DNA of 64,000 nt from Candidatus Enterousia sp. (GTDB taxonomy: Bacteria > Pseudomonadota > Alphaproteobacteria > Rs-D84), in NCBI GenBank assembly GCA_045646605.1, contig JAZRLA010000004.1:14251-78250 (forward strand), written 5' to 3'. Made by a program: the position numbers and the translations under genes. Shown piece by piece: positions 29,833-41,545 of the stretch (positions within the stretch are counted from its first letter, which is position 1; each line of letters starts with the position of its first letter). The notes under the pieces were generated by a model. The model did not search any database and had not been told where the DNA came from. It saw only the letters and a list, made by a program, of their open reading frames with translations.

Positions 29833-31020
29833 ATGGCAAAAGAAAAGTATGTAAGAACAAAACCGCATGTCAATATTGGTACTATTGGCCACGTTGACCA
29901 CGGTAAAACTACATTGACCGCCGCAATCGTGCACTATTATGGTGTTGGTGCCGATGCACAAAAAGGTGTCAATGAGATTGATAGCGCACCAGAAGAAAAA
30001 GCACGTGGTATAACAATTAATACTGCACACGTTGAATATGAAACCGCGAATCGTCATTATGCGCACGTCGATTGTCCGGGACACGCCGACTATGTTAAAA
30101 ACATGATTACTGGGGCGGCCCAAATGGACGGTGCGATTTTGGTCGTTGCGGCAACTGATGGTCCGATGCCACAGACACGTGAACATATTTTGTTGGCGCG
30201 CCAGGTTGGTATTCCAAAAATCGTTGTTTACCTTAACAAATGTGATTTGGCGAATGATCCGGAATTGTTGGAATTGGTTGAAATGGAAATCCGCGAATTG
30301 TTGTCTGCGAACGATTTTGACGGTGAAAATGTGCCAATTATCCGTGGGTCGGCTGTTTCCGCATTGGAAGGCAAAAACGACGGTTTGGGTAAGGAATCTA
30401 TTGATGCTTTGTTAAAGGCATGTGATGAATACATCCCGATGCCGGAACGTCCGGTTGATAAACCGTTCTTGATGCCAATCGAAGACGTGTTTAGCATCAC
30501 TGGTCGTGGAACCGTGGTTACGGGTCGTGTCGAAGCCGGTGTTATCAAGGTCGGTGACGAATGCGAAATCGTTGGTTTGCGTCCAACCCAGAAAACAACT
30601 GTTACCGGTGTTGAAATGTTCCGCAAATTGCTGGATCAAGGTGAAGCCGGCGATAACATTGGTTTGTTGTTGCGTGGAACCAAAAAAGAAGATGTGGAAC
30701 GTGGCCAAATCATCTGCAAACCGGGTTCTATTACCCCGCATACAGATTTCGAAGCCGAAGTTTATATTTTGACCAAGGAAGAAGGTGGCCGTCATACTGC
30801 GTTCTTTAGCAATTATCGTCCACAGTTCTTCTTTAGCACAACCGACGTAACCGGAACTATCACTTTGCCGGCCGATAAAGAAATGGTCTTGCCTGGTGAT
30901 AACGTTCGCATCACGGTTGCTTTGATTGCACCTATTGCTATGGACGAAGGTCGCCGTTTCGCTATCCGCGAAGGTGGTCGTACCGTTGGCGCGGGTGTTG
31001 TGTCAAAGATTATTAAATAG
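29833..31020 (+). CDS. tuf: Elongation factor Tu
   Basis: [35 protein letters not shown]. Confidence 0.99.
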   Translation: MAKEKYVRTKPHVNIGTIGHVDHGKTTLTAAIVHYYGVGADAQKGVNEIDSAPEEKARGITINTAHVEYETANRHYAHVDCPGHADYVKNMITGAAQMDGAILVVAATDGPMPQTREHILLARQVGIPKIVVYLNKCDLANDPELLELVEMEIRELLSANDFDGENVPIIRGSAVSALEGKNDGLGKESIDALLKACDEYIPMPERPVDKPFLMPIEDVFSITGRGTVVTGRVEAGVIKVGDECEIVGLRPTQKTTVTGVEMFRKLLDQGEAGDNIGLLLRGTKKEDVERGQIICKPGSITPHTDFEAEVYILTKEEGGRHTAFFSNYRPQFFFSTTDVTGTITLPADKEMVLPGDNVRITVALIAPIAMDEGRRFAIREGGRTVGAGVVSKIIK

Positions 31021-31101
31021 TAACAATGTTGTTTGGTCGCCCGCGGGAAACCGTTCGGGCGACCAGCAACAAGGATAGACAAAATAAGGGAAACAAGCAA
31101 A

Positions 31102-31413
31102 ATGGTACCAGCATCAAAAATTCGCATCAAGTTGACGGCTTTTGACCACAGAGTGTTGGTGGAATCAGTGGAGGAGATAGTCAAAACTGCAAAGCGCACC
31201 GGCGCAGATGTCGTTGGGCCTGTTCGCTTGCCGACATTGGTTCAGAAATTTACGGTCAATCGTTCGCCGCACGTCGATAAAAAATCGCGTGAACAATTCG
31301 AAATCCGCAATCACAAGGCGGTTGTCGATATTGTTAATCCAACCCCTCAGACAGTTGATGCACTGATGAAGTTGGATTTGGCTTCTGGCGTTGATGTAAA
31401 AATTAAATTGTAA
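31102..31413 (+). CDS. rpsJ: 30S ribosomal protein S10
   Basis: [26 protein letters not shown]. Confidence 0.98.
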   Translation: MVPASKIRIKLTAFDHRVLVESVEEIVKTAKRTGADVVGPVRLPTLVQKFTVNRSPHVDKKSREQFEIRNHKAVVDIVNPTPQTVDALMKLDLASGVDVKIKL

Positions 31414-31488
31414 GGGTTTGTTAGCGTTAGATATTTGTTGACTTTTTAAGACAATGTTCTAACCTCTGGCAGAAAAAAAGGCAAAAAA

Positions 31489-32220
31489 ATGAAACGTAGC
31501 GGGTTAATTACAACAAAAATAGGTATGACGCGTCTGTATGATGATGCGGGCGTTGCACATGCGGTGACGGTTTTGTCCGTTGGGGATTGTACGGTTATTG
31601 GCAATCGGACGGTTGAAAAGAATGGGTATGTTGCAAATGTTTTGGGCATTCGTGAGGCCAAGGCAAAACATGTTGCAAAACCACAGGCGGTTGCCGCTGA
31701 AAAGGCCGGCGTGAAGCCGTATCGCAAAATTGCAGAATTTCGTTGCACGGATGATTGTGTGATTCCGGTTGGAACTAATATGAGTGCATCTCATTTCGTG
31801 GCGGGACAATTTGTTGATGTCCAGGCGACAAGCAAAGGTAAAGGTTTCCAAGGCGCCATGAAACGTCATAACTTTGGTGGTAAGGAAGCAACCCATGGTG
31901 TGTTAAAGGCACATAGATCACTTGGTGGTACGGGTATGCGTGAATGGCCGGGTCGTGTTTTGCCGGGTAAAAAGATGTCTGGGCAAATGGGTAACGAAAC
32001 CGTTACGGTTCAAAATTTGAAGGTTTTTGGCACAGATGAAGCGGATAATCTGATTTTCGTCGAAGGCGCTGTTCCGGGGGCTAATGGAACATTCGTTTTG
32101 ATTACGGATGCAATAAAGAAAGAACAGAAAGATTTGCCAATCCCGACATGTGAAACAAAGGTGGCCGTAAAGGAAGAACCCAAAGCGGAAGAAACCAAAT
32201 CAGAATCTGTTGCAGAGTAA
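31489..32220 (+). CDS. rplC: 50S ribosomal protein L3
   Basis: KIGMTR; SKGKGFQGAMKRHNF. Confidence 0.98.
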   Translation: MKRSGLITTKIGMTRLYDDAGVAHAVTVLSVGDCTVIGNRTVEKNGYVANVLGIREAKAKHVAKPQAVAAEKAGVKPYRKIAEFRCTDDCVIPVGTNMSASHFVAGQFVDVQATSKGKGFQGAMKRHNFGGKEATHGVLKAHRSLGGTGMREWPGRVLPGKKMSGQMGNETVTVQNLKVFGTDEADNLIFVEGAVPGANGTFVLITDAIKKEQKDLPIPTCETKVAVKEEPKAEETKSESVAE

Positions 32221-32251
32221 TAGGTTTTGAAAGGCAATAAGGTGAACTAAA

Positions 32252-32875
32252 ATGCAAGCAAATGTTATAAATTTTGATGGCAAGACAGTCGGCAAGATTG
32301 AATTGCAGGATTCTATTTTTGGTTTGGATGCACGTGCGGATGTGTTACATCGTGTTGTGACCTGGCAACGGGCCAAGGCGCGTGCGGGCACGCATGCGGT
32401 GAAAACCGTTTCTGATGTCGCAGGCAGTGGTAAAAAGGCCTTTAAGCAAAAAAAGACCGGTAATGCCCGTCAAGGTGAACGTTACAATGTTCATATGCGT
32501 GGCGGTGGTGTGGTTCATGGACCGGTTGTTCGTGACCATAGCATTGATTTGCCGAAAAAGATTCGCGTGTTGGGTTTAAAGATGGCTTTGTCCAGCAAGG
32601 CCAAAGATAACGCGTTGGTTGTGGTTGATTCTGAAAAGTTGTCGGCGACAAAGACAGCGACCTTTGCAAAGCAATTAAAGAAGTTGGAAATTTCTTCGGC
32701 TTTGTTTGTTGGTGCAGACACTTTGGATGAAAATTTCAAAAAGTCCGCGGCGAATATCAACAATGTTGATGTTTTACCGACCGTTGGGTTGAACGTGTTG
32801 GATATTTTGAAACACGACAAATTGGTCTTGACGGCCGATGCGGTCAAGGCAATAGAAAAACGCCTTGGGGCATAA
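32252..32875 (+). CDS. rplD: 50S ribosomal protein L4
   Basis: KQKKTGNARQG; RGGGVVHGP. Confidence 0.98.
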   Translation: MQANVINFDGKTVGKIELQDSIFGLDARADVLHRVVTWQRAKARAGTHAVKTVSDVAGSGKKAFKQKKTGNARQGERYNVHMRGGGVVHGPVVRDHSIDLPKKIRVLGLKMALSSKAKDNALVVVDSEKLSATKTATFAKQLKKLEISSALFVGADTLDENFKKSAANINNVDVLPTVGLNVLDILKHDKLVLTADAVKAIEKRLGA

Positions 32876-32906
32876 TGGAATCGGTTTGACAAAAGAGGTT
32901 ACAGAT

Positions 32907-33239
32907 ATGGCAGAAAAGAAAGTTCAGACAGAAAAGAAACCCGTTGTAACAGCCGGTGTTTATGATATACTGCGCCGCCCGATTGTTTCGGAAAAGGCGG
33001 TGAAGTTGTCCGAAGGCAATGCGGTTGCGTTCGAAATTGATGTGCGTGCCACAAAGCAAGATGTTGCACGTGCAATTCAGGCAATTTACAATGTAAAACC
33101 AAACAAAATAAACATTGTTGTTGCCAAAGGCAAGGTTAAACATTTCCGTGGTCGTGGCACCGGAACACAGCGCACAGTCAAAAAGGCGTATGTTTCTTTG
33201 CCTGCGGATGCAAAATTGGATTTAACCACAAATGCGTAA
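32907..33239 (+). CDS. rplW: 50S ribosomal protein L23
   Basis: LRRPIVSEKA; KKAYVSL. Confidence 0.97.
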   Translation: MAEKKVQTEKKPVVTAGVYDILRRPIVSEKAVKLSEGNAVAFEIDVRATKQDVARAIQAIYNVKPNKINIVVAKGKVKHFRGRGTGTQRTVKKAYVSLPADAKLDLTTNA

Positions 33240-33306
33240 CGTAATGTCCCCAGCAGATAATCCAGAATTTGGATGCTAGTGTTGGGGGGGATAAAAGGAT
33301 AGTAAA

Positions 33307-34140
33307 ATGGCATTAAAAAACTATAAACCGATAACAGCAGGAACGCGTGGTCTGGTTTTGATTGATCACAGTGAACTGCATCGTGGGGCACCTGAAAAAT
33401 CGTTGACCGTTGGATTAAAGTCCAAGGGTGGTCGTAATAATTTCGGACATGTGACTGTTCCGCATCAAGGTGGTGGTCATAAACGTAAATATAGATTGAT
33501 CGATTTTAAACGTAAAAAATTGGATATGCCGGCGACGGTTGTTCGTTTGGAATATGACCCAAATCGTACAGCGTTTATCGCGTTGATTGAATATAAAGAC
33601 GGTGTGCGTTCTTATATTTTGGCGCCACGTGATTTAAAGGCAGGCGATGTTGTCGTTTCTGGGACGCGTGAAGATATTAAACCGGGCAACGCGATGCCAC
33701 TTAAAAATATGCCTATTGGAACGATTGTTCATAATGTAGAATTGAAACCAGGGGCAGGCGGTCAGTTGGCGCGCAGTGCGGGTTGTTATGCCCAATTGAT
33801 GGGTAAGGATGGTGTGTATGCACAGATCAAAATGAATAGTGGTGAGTTGCGCAAGGTTCATTCTGATTGTCGTGCGACGGTTGGAACGGTTTCTAACCAA
33901 GACCAACGTAATGTCAATTTGGGTAAGGCGGGTCGTGCGCGTTGGCTTGGAATTCGCCCGTCGACACGTGGTATGGCACAAAACCCGGTGGATCATCCTA
34001 TGGGTGGTGGTAATGGCCATTCCAAAGGACATGAACCTGTGTCAAGAACTGGTATCCCGGCCAAGGGTTATCGGACACGCAGGAATAAACGTACAGCCAA
34101 AATGATTATTCGTAGCAGACATTTGGCGAAAAAGAAGTAA
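33307..34140 (+). CDS. rplB: 50S ribosomal protein L2
   Basis: [22 protein letters not shown]. Confidence 0.99.
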   Translation: MALKNYKPITAGTRGLVLIDHSELHRGAPEKSLTVGLKSKGGRNNFGHVTVPHQGGGHKRKYRLIDFKRKKLDMPATVVRLEYDPNRTAFIALIEYKDGVRSYILAPRDLKAGDVVVSGTREDIKPGNAMPLKNMPIGTIVHNVELKPGAGGQLARSAGCYAQLMGKDGVYAQIKMNSGELRKVHSDCRATVGTVSNQDQRNVNLGKAGRARWLGIRPSTRGMAQNPVDHPMGGGNGHSKGHEPVSRTGIPAKGYRTRRNKRTAKMIIRSRHLAKKK

Positions 34141-34165
34141 AAACGGTTAAAAAACGGAGTTATAA

Positions 34166-34450
34166 ATGTCTCGTTCAGTTTGGAAAGGTCCATATGTTCA
34201 TCCGTCTATCTTGAAAAAGGTAACGGTTGCCAATGAGAAAAATGATCATAAACCAATTAAAACTTGGTCCCGTGGTAGTACGATTGTTCCGCCAATGGTT
34301 GGGCTTACGTTCGAAGTTCACAATGGAAACAAGTTTATTCCGGTTTCAATTGTCGAAGATATGGTTGGGCATAAACTTGGTGAATTTGCACCAACACGTA
34401 CCTTTAAGGGGCATGCTGCAAATAAAAAGGCCGCGGCCGCAGGAAAATAA
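34166..34450 (+). CDS. rpsS: 30S ribosomal protein S19
   Basis: [19 protein letters not shown]. Confidence 0.99.
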   Translation: MSRSVWKGPYVHPSILKKVTVANEKNDHKPIKTWSRGSTIVPPMVGLTFEVHNGNKFIPVSIVEDMVGHKLGEFAPTRTFKGHAANKKAAAAGK

Positions 34451-34472
34451 TACAAATAAAAGGCGTTAGGTT

Positions 34473-34907
<435 letters not shown>

Positions 34908-34993
34908 AAGAACAAGGTTTGGTGGTATGGGGGCGACCCCTGAATAAAACCGCAAGGTTTCAAGAACACCAAGCATAAACATAAGGGAAAAAA

Positions 34994-35701
34994 ATGGGAC
35001 AGAAAGTATCGCCAATTGCACAGCGTCTATCCATAAATAAAGTTCCGGATTCGCGTTGGATTGTGGACAAGAAGCATTATGCAGCTTGTCTGGCGGAAGA
35101 CAATATGATTCGTAAATTCTTGGAAAAGAAACTGAAAAAAGCGGGGATTGCAAAAATTGTTATTGACCGTATCGCAAGAAAGGTCGTTATAACGGTGCAT
35201 ACTTCGCGTCCGGGTATGATTATCGGTAAAAATGGTGCCGATATCGAAGCGTTGCGTAATGATATCAAAAAACTGGTTAAGAACGACCAGGTTGTTGTGA
35301 ATATCTATGAAGTGCGCAGACCGGATTTGAATGCACAATTGGTTGCCCAGGGTATAGCACAACAGATTGAAGGTCGTGTTTCGTATAAACGCGCGATGAA
35401 AAAAGGTGTGCAGAATGCGCAAAAGGCCGGGGCACAGGGTGTTAAAATTATGTGTTCTGGGCGTTTGAATGGTGCGGAAATTGCGCGTAGTGAACAAATT
35501 CGTGAAGGACGCATCCCGTTGCATACTTTGCGCGCGGATATTGATTATGCCGCGGTTCAGGCCAAAACCACATACGGTGTTGTTGGGGTAAAGGTTTGGA
35601 TTTACACTGGGGATGTTGTAAATAAAGAAAAATGGGCATCCGAAATGGCGCGTCCGACCGAATATGCCGGAACCAGTGATAGCAACAAAAGAACAAAATA
35701 A
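34994..35701 (+). CDS. rpsC: 30S ribosomal protein S3
   Basis: MGQKVSP; GRLNGAEIARSE; PLHTLRADIDY. Confidence 0.99.
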   Translation: MGQKVSPIAQRLSINKVPDSRWIVDKKHYAACLAEDNMIRKFLEKKLKKAGIAKIVIDRIARKVVITVHTSRPGMIIGKNGADIEALRNDIKKLVKNDQVVVNIYEVRRPDLNAQLVAQGIAQQIEGRVSYKRAMKKGVQNAQKAGAQGVKIMCSGRLNGAEIARSEQIREGRIPLHTLRADIDYAAVQAKTTYGVVGVKVWIYTGDVVNKEKWASEMARPTEYAGTSDSNKRTK

Positions 35702-35722
35702 TTAGAAAGTTGAGGTTTTAAC

Positions 35723-36136
35723 ATGTTAATGCCAAATAAAACAAAATTTCGCAAACAGCACAAAGGGCGTATTCACGGTGTTGCCAAGGGGGGCAGTGAA
35801 TTGGCTTTCGGTTCTTTTGGGTTAAAGGCCTTGTCACCGGAACGTATCACCGCGCGTCAAATAGAAGCGGCACGTCGTGCAATTACCCGTCGTATGAGAC
35901 GTATGGGAAAACTTTGGATTCGCGTGTTTCCTGATGTTCCTGTTACCGTAAAACCGGCTCAGGTTCGTATGGGTAAGGGTAAAGGTGCCGTTGAATATTG
36001 GATTTGTCGGGTAAAACCGGGCCGTATTATTTTCGAATTGGACGGTGTTAAGTCAGATGTGGCCCAGGAAGCATTTGCACTGGCGGCGGCTAAATTGCCA
36101 ATTAAGACAAAGATTGTTGAACGCAAAGTGAACTAA
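35723..36136 (+). CDS. rplP: 50S ribosomal protein L16
   Basis: [16 protein letters not shown]. Confidence 0.99.
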   Translation: MLMPNKTKFRKQHKGRIHGVAKGGSELAFGSFGLKALSPERITARQIEAARRAITRRMRRMGKLWIRVFPDVPVTVKPAQVRMGKGKGAVEYWICRVKPGRIIFELDGVKSDVAQEAFALAAAKLPIKTKIVERKVN

Positions 36137-36154
36137 AGTTAAAAGGTGGCGAAT

Positions 36155-36340
36155 ATGGCTGAAAAGAAAACGGAATCTTTGAAAACAGAAGAATTGAAAA
36201 GCAGTTTGGTCGATTTGAAAAAAAAGCAGATGGATCAACGCTTTCAACATGCGGCGGGGGTTTTGCCAAAAACACATGTTTTGCGTAAAACTCGTCGCGA
36301 CATTGCACGTGTGAAAACAAAATTGAACGCGGCACAATAA
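36155..36340 (+). CDS. rpmC: 50S ribosomal protein L29
   Basis: RFQHAAG..RKTRRDIARVKT; operon position. Confidence 0.93.
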   Translation: MAEKKTESLKTEELKSSLVDLKKKQMDQRFQHAAGVLPKTHVLRKTRRDIARVKTKLNAAQ

Positions 36341-36434
36341 AAAAAACTAATTTTGGTTGAGATTTCCTTTTTTTAGGTTATCATATGCCAGGTTAGGTAA
36401 AAGTAAACAAAAGAAGTATATAAGGGATAGTGTT

Positions 36435-36704
36435 ATGCCAAGACGTATACTGCAAGGCACGGTTAGAAGTACGGCAAATGACAAGACGGTTGTTGTAGAA
36501 GTAGAACGCCGCTTTCGTCATCCACTGTATGGTAAATTCGTGAAGCAAAACAAGAAATATAAAGCGCACGATGAAGACAACAAATATAAAGTTGGTGACA
36601 TTGTTGCGATTGAAGAGCATCGCCCGATATCGAAAACCAAATCTTGGGTTGTCAAGGGTTTGGTTGGTGTGTCGAAAGATGGTGATGTTGAGGTAACGGA
36701 CTAA
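36435..36704 (+). CDS. rpsQ: 30S ribosomal protein S17
   Basis: [28 protein letters not shown]. Confidence 0.98.
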   Translation: MPRRILQGTVRSTANDKTVVVEVERRFRHPLYGKFVKQNKKYKAHDEDNKYKVGDIVAIEEHRPISKTKSWVVKGLVGVSKDGDVEVTD

Positions 36705-36813
36705 ATCAACCCAGGGGCCTTTGAGGACATTACGGTCTTTGGACGGTTATGTCAGTCGGGTTCCATAACAAAGCGTTGGGGAATGGCCCCAATAGCAGGA
36801 CGAGGATAAGGTT

Positions 36814-37188
36814 ATGATTCAAAATGAAACGGTTATGACGGTTGCGGATAATTCCGGGGCACGTAAAGCGATGTGTATCAAAGTTTTGGGTGGTTCACAT
36901 CGTCGTTATGCCACCGTCGGTGATAAAATTGTGGTCGCTATCAAGGAAGCAATTCCGCGTGGCAAAGTACAAAAAGGAACTGTTCAACGTGCGATTATTG
37001 TGCGGACCAAGTTCCCGATTAAACGTCCGGATGGTTCGATAATTCGCTTTGATGATAATGCGGTCGTTTTAATAAACAAGAACAACTTTGAACCGATTGG
37101 AACACGTATCTTTGGACCGATTGCGCGTGAAGTACGTCGTAAATATGATGTCCAAAAGATTGTGTCTTTGGCACCGGAAGTGTTATAA
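36814..37188 (+). CDS. rplN: 50S ribosomal protein L14
   Basis: [23 protein letters not shown]. Confidence 0.99.
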   Translation: MIQNETVMTVADNSGARKAMCIKVLGGSHRRYATVGDKIVVAIKEAIPRGKVQKGTVQRAIIVRTKFPIKRPDGSIIRFDDNAVVLINKNNFEPIGTRIFGPIAREVRRKYDVQKIVSLAPEVL

Positions 37189-37210
37189 TGGCGGATGGAA
37201 AAAGGAGTAA

Positions 37211-37546
37211 ATGATGTCAAAAAGTTTAGTTTCTGTTTCCTTGGTCATTGTTTCGGCGTTTGCGATGGTGGCATGTGAATCGAAGGATGTTCGTGCTTGC
37301 AAAAAATTGGCACATCAGCAGATTGAAGAATTATGTAATGCTTCTAAAGAAACGTTGGCAAAATTGCCAGAGGAATTGAAGAAGAACATGGATGACCAAG
37401 AAGGGTATGAAGCATATAATGATGTTGCGGTTGAAATGATTAAGTCGCGATATCCTTTCTGTTTTGATGACAAATTGATGAAGCAGGCGATTGAGAAGGT
37501 GGATTTGGCTTGTGAATCGGACCCTTCGGTGGCAACAAAAAAATAA
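37211..37546 (+). CDS. Hypothetical lipoprotein between rplN and rplX
   Basis: RBS aaggag; hydrophobic leader with lipobox-like MVAC; four further Cys. Confidence 0.75.
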   Translation: MMSKSLVSVSLVIVSAFAMVACESKDVRACKKLAHQQIEELCNASKETLAKLPEELKKNMDDQEGYEAYNDVAVEMIKSRYPFCFDDKLMKQAIEKVDLACESDPSVATKK

Positions 37547-37571
37547 GAATTTGAAAAAAGGGCGTTGAAAG

Positions 37572-37874
37572 ATGAAAATTAAAAAAGGCGATGAAGTCGT
37601 AGTTATTTCAGGGAAATACAAAGGTGTCAAAGGCCAAGTATTAGAGGCGCGACCAACCGAGTCGCGTGTTGTTGTGGCGGGTGTGAATCGTCATAAATGG
37701 CACATAAAGCCGACGCAAAATGAACCGGGGCATATTGTTGATCGTGAGGCGCCGATTCACGTTTCTAATGTTGCGTTGGTTGATCCGAAAACTAAGAAGG
37801 CTACGCGCGTTGGATACAAGGTTGAAAAGGGCAAGAAGGTTCGTGTTGCCAAGAAATCTGGGACTGAATTGTAA
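37572..37874 (+). CDS. rplX: 50S ribosomal protein L24
   Basis: [26 protein letters not shown]. Confidence 0.98.
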   Translation: MKIKKGDEVVVISGKYKGVKGQVLEARPTESRVVVAGVNRHKWHIKPTQNEPGHIVDREAPIHVSNVALVDPKTKKATRVGYKVEKGKKVRVAKKSGTEL

Positions 37875-37917
37875 AAAAACATCCCGCTGTTACGGGAAAT
37901 AACGTTAAGGATAAGAA

Positions 37918-38463
37918 ATGCAAAGCAGATTGCGTGAAATTTATGAAAAACAGATCGTGCCTGAATTGGTTAAAGAATTTGGGTACAAGAATATGTTGGC
38001 GGTTCCAAAACTGTCCAAGATTGTTTTGAATATGGGTGTGGGTGAGGCCGTTTCTGACAAAAAGAAACTTGATGCGGCGGTGACTGATTTAACCGCGATT
38101 GCTGCACAAAAGCCGATAATTACCCATGCAAAAAAATCTATTGCAACGTATCGTTTGCGCGAAGGTCAAGCGATTGGAACCAAAGTAACATTGCGCGGAA
38201 AACGTATGTATGATTTTCTTGATAAATTGATTACGGTTGCATTACCACGTGTCAAGGATTTTCGTGGACTTTCAAAATCAAAGTTTGATGGTCGTGGAAA
38301 TTATGCGTTCGGTGTCAAAGAACATTTGATATTCCCGGAAATTTCCATTGATAAAATAGATTCTATTCGTGGTATGGATATTGTGATTGCAACAACCGCG
38401 AAAACGGATGACGAGGCGCGCGCATTGCTGACTAAAATCGGCCTGCCGTTGGTATTGAAATAA
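37918..38463 (+). CDS. rplE: 50S ribosomal protein L5
   Basis: [27 protein letters not shown]. Confidence 0.99.
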   Translation: MQSRLREIYEKQIVPELVKEFGYKNMLAVPKLSKIVLNMGVGEAVSDKKKLDAAVTDLTAIAAQKPIITHAKKSIATYRLREGQAIGTKVTLRGKRMYDFLDKLITVALPRVKDFRGLSKSKFDGRGNYAFGVKEHLIFPEISIDKIDSIRGMDIVIATTAKTDDEARALLTKIGLPLVLK

Positions 38464-38478
38464 TAAAAGGGACAAAAA

Positions 38479-38781
38479 ATGGCTAAATTAGCGTTGATAA
38501 ATAAACAAAAAAGACGTGAAAAATTGGTTGCCAAGTATGCCAAAAAGCGTGCCGCAATCAAAGAAAAGATGTCTGTGAATGCAACACCAGAAGAACGCAA
38601 GGAGGCGATGTTGAAATTGGCGAAGTTGCCACGTAACGCGAATCCGACACGTTTGCATAATCGGTGCAGCATAACGGGTCGTGCACGTGGGTATTCACGT
38701 ATGTTCGGTCTTTGCCGTCAACAGGTCAGAACCCAGGCATCCGAAGGTAAATTGCCAGGTGTCCGCAAGTCAAGTTGGTAA
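38479..38781 (+). CDS. rpsN: 30S ribosomal protein S14 (long form)
   Basis: LPRNANPTRLHNRCSITGR; LPGVRKSSW. Confidence 0.98.
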   Translation: MAKLALINKQKRREKLVAKYAKKRAAIKEKMSVNATPEERKEAMLKLAKLPRNANPTRLHNRCSITGRARGYSRMFGLCRQQVRTQASEGKLPGVRKSSW

Positions 38782-38833
38782 AGTTAAACATGCCGATTGT
38801 GGACAATGCAATCGGTTAGAATAGGAGTAAAAG

Positions 38834-39232
38834 ATGTCATTATCACACCCAATCGGAGATATGGTCGCCCGTATACGTAATGGTCAGAATGCGGGTAAAG
38901 AGTCCATAATTGTTCCGAACAGCAAATTACGTGCCGCAGTTTTGGCGGTGTTAAAAGAAGAGGGCTTTATCGAAGATTTTCGTCGGGAAGAAATCGATGA
39001 GCATCGTTCAAATTTGGTCGTCGTGTTAAAGTATGTCGGCGGAAATGGTGCAATCCAGGATATTTCTGTGGTATCGAAACCGGGGCGTCGTGTTTATTCT
39101 GGGGCCGCAAAGATGCCACGTGTTTTGAATGGATTGGGTATTTCGATTGTGTCGACCCCGCATGGCGTCATGACGGATCACAAGGCGCGCTTGATGAATG
39201 TCGGCGGTGAAGTTTTGTGCAAGGTTATATAA
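38834..39232 (+). CDS. rpsH: 30S ribosomal protein S8
   Basis: PIGDMVARIRNG; SKPGRRVY; GGEVLC. Confidence 0.98.
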   Translation: MSLSHPIGDMVARIRNGQNAGKESIIVPNSKLRAAVLAVLKEEGFIEDFRREEIDEHRSNLVVVLKYVGGNGAIQDISVVSKPGRRVYSGAAKMPRVLNGLGISIVSTPHGVMTDHKARLMNVGGEVLCKVI

Positions 39233-39248
39233 TTAAAAGGATGTAATT

Positions 39249-39800
39249 ATGTCTAGGGCAGGAAAATATCCAGTTAAATTGATCGATGGTGTGGTTGCAT
39301 CTTTGGATGGTGACAAATTGGTTATCAAAGGTCCAAAGGGTGAATTGACCGTCGCGATGAATACAAAAAATTCTTCGTTGGTTGATGTTAAGGTTGAAGC
39401 CGGTCAGGTTATTGTTACCCCGAAAGATGCCGAAGATAAAGATTCACGCGCAATGTGGGGAACAATGACACGCAATATTCGTAATGCGGTCGAAGGTGTA
39501 ACCAAAGGTTTTTCCAAGGCAATGTACATGAAGGGTGTTGGGTACAAAGCATCGGTTAGTGGCAAGAAATTCACTTTGGTTGTTGGATTTTCGCATGATG
39601 TCGTTATGGAAATTCCGGATGGTTTGACCGTTACGATGGGTGAAACACCGACAGAATTTACCATCAGTGGTAATGACAAATGTGCGGTTGGTTTGTTTGC
39701 GGACAAGGTTCACAAAATTCGTAAAATGGATCCGTACAAGGCCAAAGGTATCTTCTATAAGGGTGAAAAGGTTCGTCACAAAGAAGGTAAAAAGAAATAA
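39249..39800 (+). CDS. rplF: 50S ribosomal protein L6
   Basis: KGPKGEL; GVGYKA; PYKAKGI..KEGKKK. Confidence 0.98.
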   Translation: MSRAGKYPVKLIDGVVASLDGDKLVIKGPKGELTVAMNTKNSSLVDVKVEAGQVIVTPKDAEDKDSRAMWGTMTRNIRNAVEGVTKGFSKAMYMKGVGYKASVSGKKFTLVVGFSHDVVMEIPDGLTVTMGETPTEFTISGNDKCAVGLFADKVHKIRKMDPYKAKGIFYKGEKVRHKEGKKK

Positions 39801-39847
39801 TAAATAAAAATTTCCGCTGTTACGGAAGTTGGAAAAAAGGAAAAAAA

Positions 39848-40204
39848 ATGTTGAAACATTTATCTACAGAAGAAAGACGCAAGCTTGTGACACGTGTTGC
39901 GTTGAAAAAGAAAAATCCTGGGAAAATTCGTCTGTCGGTTTTCCGCAGTGGTCGCCATATTGAAATTCAGGCCATTGATGATGTGCATGGTCGCACGATT
40001 TGTGCCGCATCGTCCAAGGAAAAGGGTTTTAAAGGGAATGGTTGGAATGTCGCGGGTGCCGAATTGGTTGGCAAGGCGTTCGCAGAACGTGTGGTCAAAG
40101 CCAAAATTGCGGATAACTGTTATTTCGATCGTGGGGCGTATCGCTATCATGGTCGTGTAAAGGCATTGTGCGAAGCGATTCGTGCGGGTGGCGTCAGAAT
40201 CTAA
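39848..40204 (+). CDS. rplR: 50S ribosomal protein L18
   Basis: [22 protein letters not shown]. Confidence 0.98.
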   Translation: MLKHLSTEERRKLVTRVALKKKNPGKIRLSVFRSGRHIEIQAIDDVHGRTICAASSKEKGFKGNGWNVAGAELVGKAFAERVVKAKIADNCYFDRGAYRYHGRVKALCEAIRAGGVRI

Positions 40205-40225
40205 ATATAAATACGGAGTTTATAA

Positions 40226-40789
40226 ATGGCACGTTTTGATGATAAAAAATTACAGACAGATAATTTAGTGGATAAATTGGTTTCTGTGAACCGCGTTTCC
40301 AAAACTGTGAAGGGCGGTAAGAATATGTCTTTTTCGGCGTTGGTCGTCGTTGGTGACAAGGCCGGCAAGGTTGGTTTTGGCAAAGGCAAGGCGTTGGAAG
40401 TTCAATCTGCGGTGCAAAAGGCCACCAAAGCCGCCAAGGCGAAAATGATTCGCGTTCCGTTAAAGGAAGGTCGCACGTTACATCATGACATTTCGGTTAA
40501 ATATGGTGCAAGTAAGTTGGTTCTGCGCAGTGCGGTTCCCGGTACCGGTATCATCGCTGGGGGGGCGCTCCGTGCGGTGTTTGATTGTTTGGGGGTTCAA
40601 GACGTCGTTGTGAAATCCCAGGGTGCAAACAATCCGAATAATATGGTTCGTGCGGTGTTTCTTGCCTTTTCAAAAATGAATTCGCCAAAGACGGTTGCGG
40701 CGCGTCGTGGTAAAACGGTCGCGGAAATCGTTGCAGGGCGTGACGGCAAAAAAATGGCCGAAGAATCAAAAGAAACGGAAGACAAATAA
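40226..40789 (+). CDS. rpsE: 30S ribosomal protein S5
   Basis: [18 protein letters not shown]. Confidence 0.98.
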   Translation: MARFDDKKLQTDNLVDKLVSVNRVSKTVKGGKNMSFSALVVVGDKAGKVGFGKGKALEVQSAVQKATKAAKAKMIRVPLKEGRTLHHDISVKYGASKLVLRSAVPGTGIIAGGALRAVFDCLGVQDVVVKSQGANNPNNMVRAVFLAFSKMNSPKTVAARRGKTVAEIVAGRDGKKMAEESKETEDK

Positions 40790-40804
40790 TAAAAGGTGGT
40801 GCCC

Positions 40805-40987
40805 ATGGCAAAAAAAATAATTGTAAAACAAATCAAAAGTGTTATCGGTCGTCCGGAATCGCAACGCAAAATTCTGGCTACATTAGGTTTGGGCCGTATT
40901 GGCAAGTCAAATGAATTTGATGACAGTGCATCAATTCGTGGCATGATCGCCAAAGTCGCACATTTGGTTAGTGTAACAGAGGAATAA
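40805..40987 (+). CDS. rpmD: 50S ribosomal protein L30
   Basis: QIKSVIGR..LGLGRI..RGMIAKVAHLV. Confidence 0.96.
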   Translation: MAKKIIVKQIKSVIGRPESQRKILATLGLGRIGKSNEFDDSASIRGMIAKVAHLVSVTEE

Positions 40988-41060
40988 GAGTATAAAACCG
41001 AGTATGCGGATACTTGTCCGCATGCGCAAACGAACTATATAAGTTCATAGGAGTAAAAAG

Positions 41061-41519
41061 ATGAAATTAAATGCTTTGATGGATAATGCGGGTGCACGGT
41101 CCGATATTAAACGCGTTGGGCGTGGTATGGCGTCGGGCTATGGTAAAACCGCGGGTCGTGGAACCAAGGGGCAAAAGGCGCGTGCGGGTTCGCGTAAACA
41201 GGCAACTTTCCAAGGTGGTCAGATGCCGATTTTGCGTCGTTTCCCGAAATATGGTTTTACAAATCCGTTTGCGAAACACTACGCTACAATCAATCTTGGT
41301 GATATTGAAAAGTTTATTGCGGCCGGCAAAATTGATGCTGGCAAAGATATTACTATCGAATCGCTTTTGGCGGCGAAAATTTTGAACCGTCGTATGTCCG
41401 GGCTGAAGGTTTTGGCCAAGGGCGAAATTAAAACCGCGGTGAATATCGTTGCGGCAAAATGGTCCAAGGCGGCTGAGGAAGCGATTACCAAAGCGGGTGG
41501 CACAATCAAAAATAAATAA
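41061..41519 (+). CDS. rplO: 50S ribosomal protein L15
   Basis: RVGRGMASGYGKTAGRGTKGQKAR; GGQMP. Confidence 0.98.
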   Translation: MKLNALMDNAGARSDIKRVGRGMASGYGKTAGRGTKGQKARAGSRKQATFQGGQMPILRRFPKYGFTNPFAKHYATINLGDIEKFIAAGKIDAGKDITIESLLAAKILNRRMSGLKVLAKGEIKTAVNIVAAKWSKAAEEAITKAGGTIKNK

Positions 41520-41545
41520 TCGGGAACAGGAAAGAGAGACGGCGC

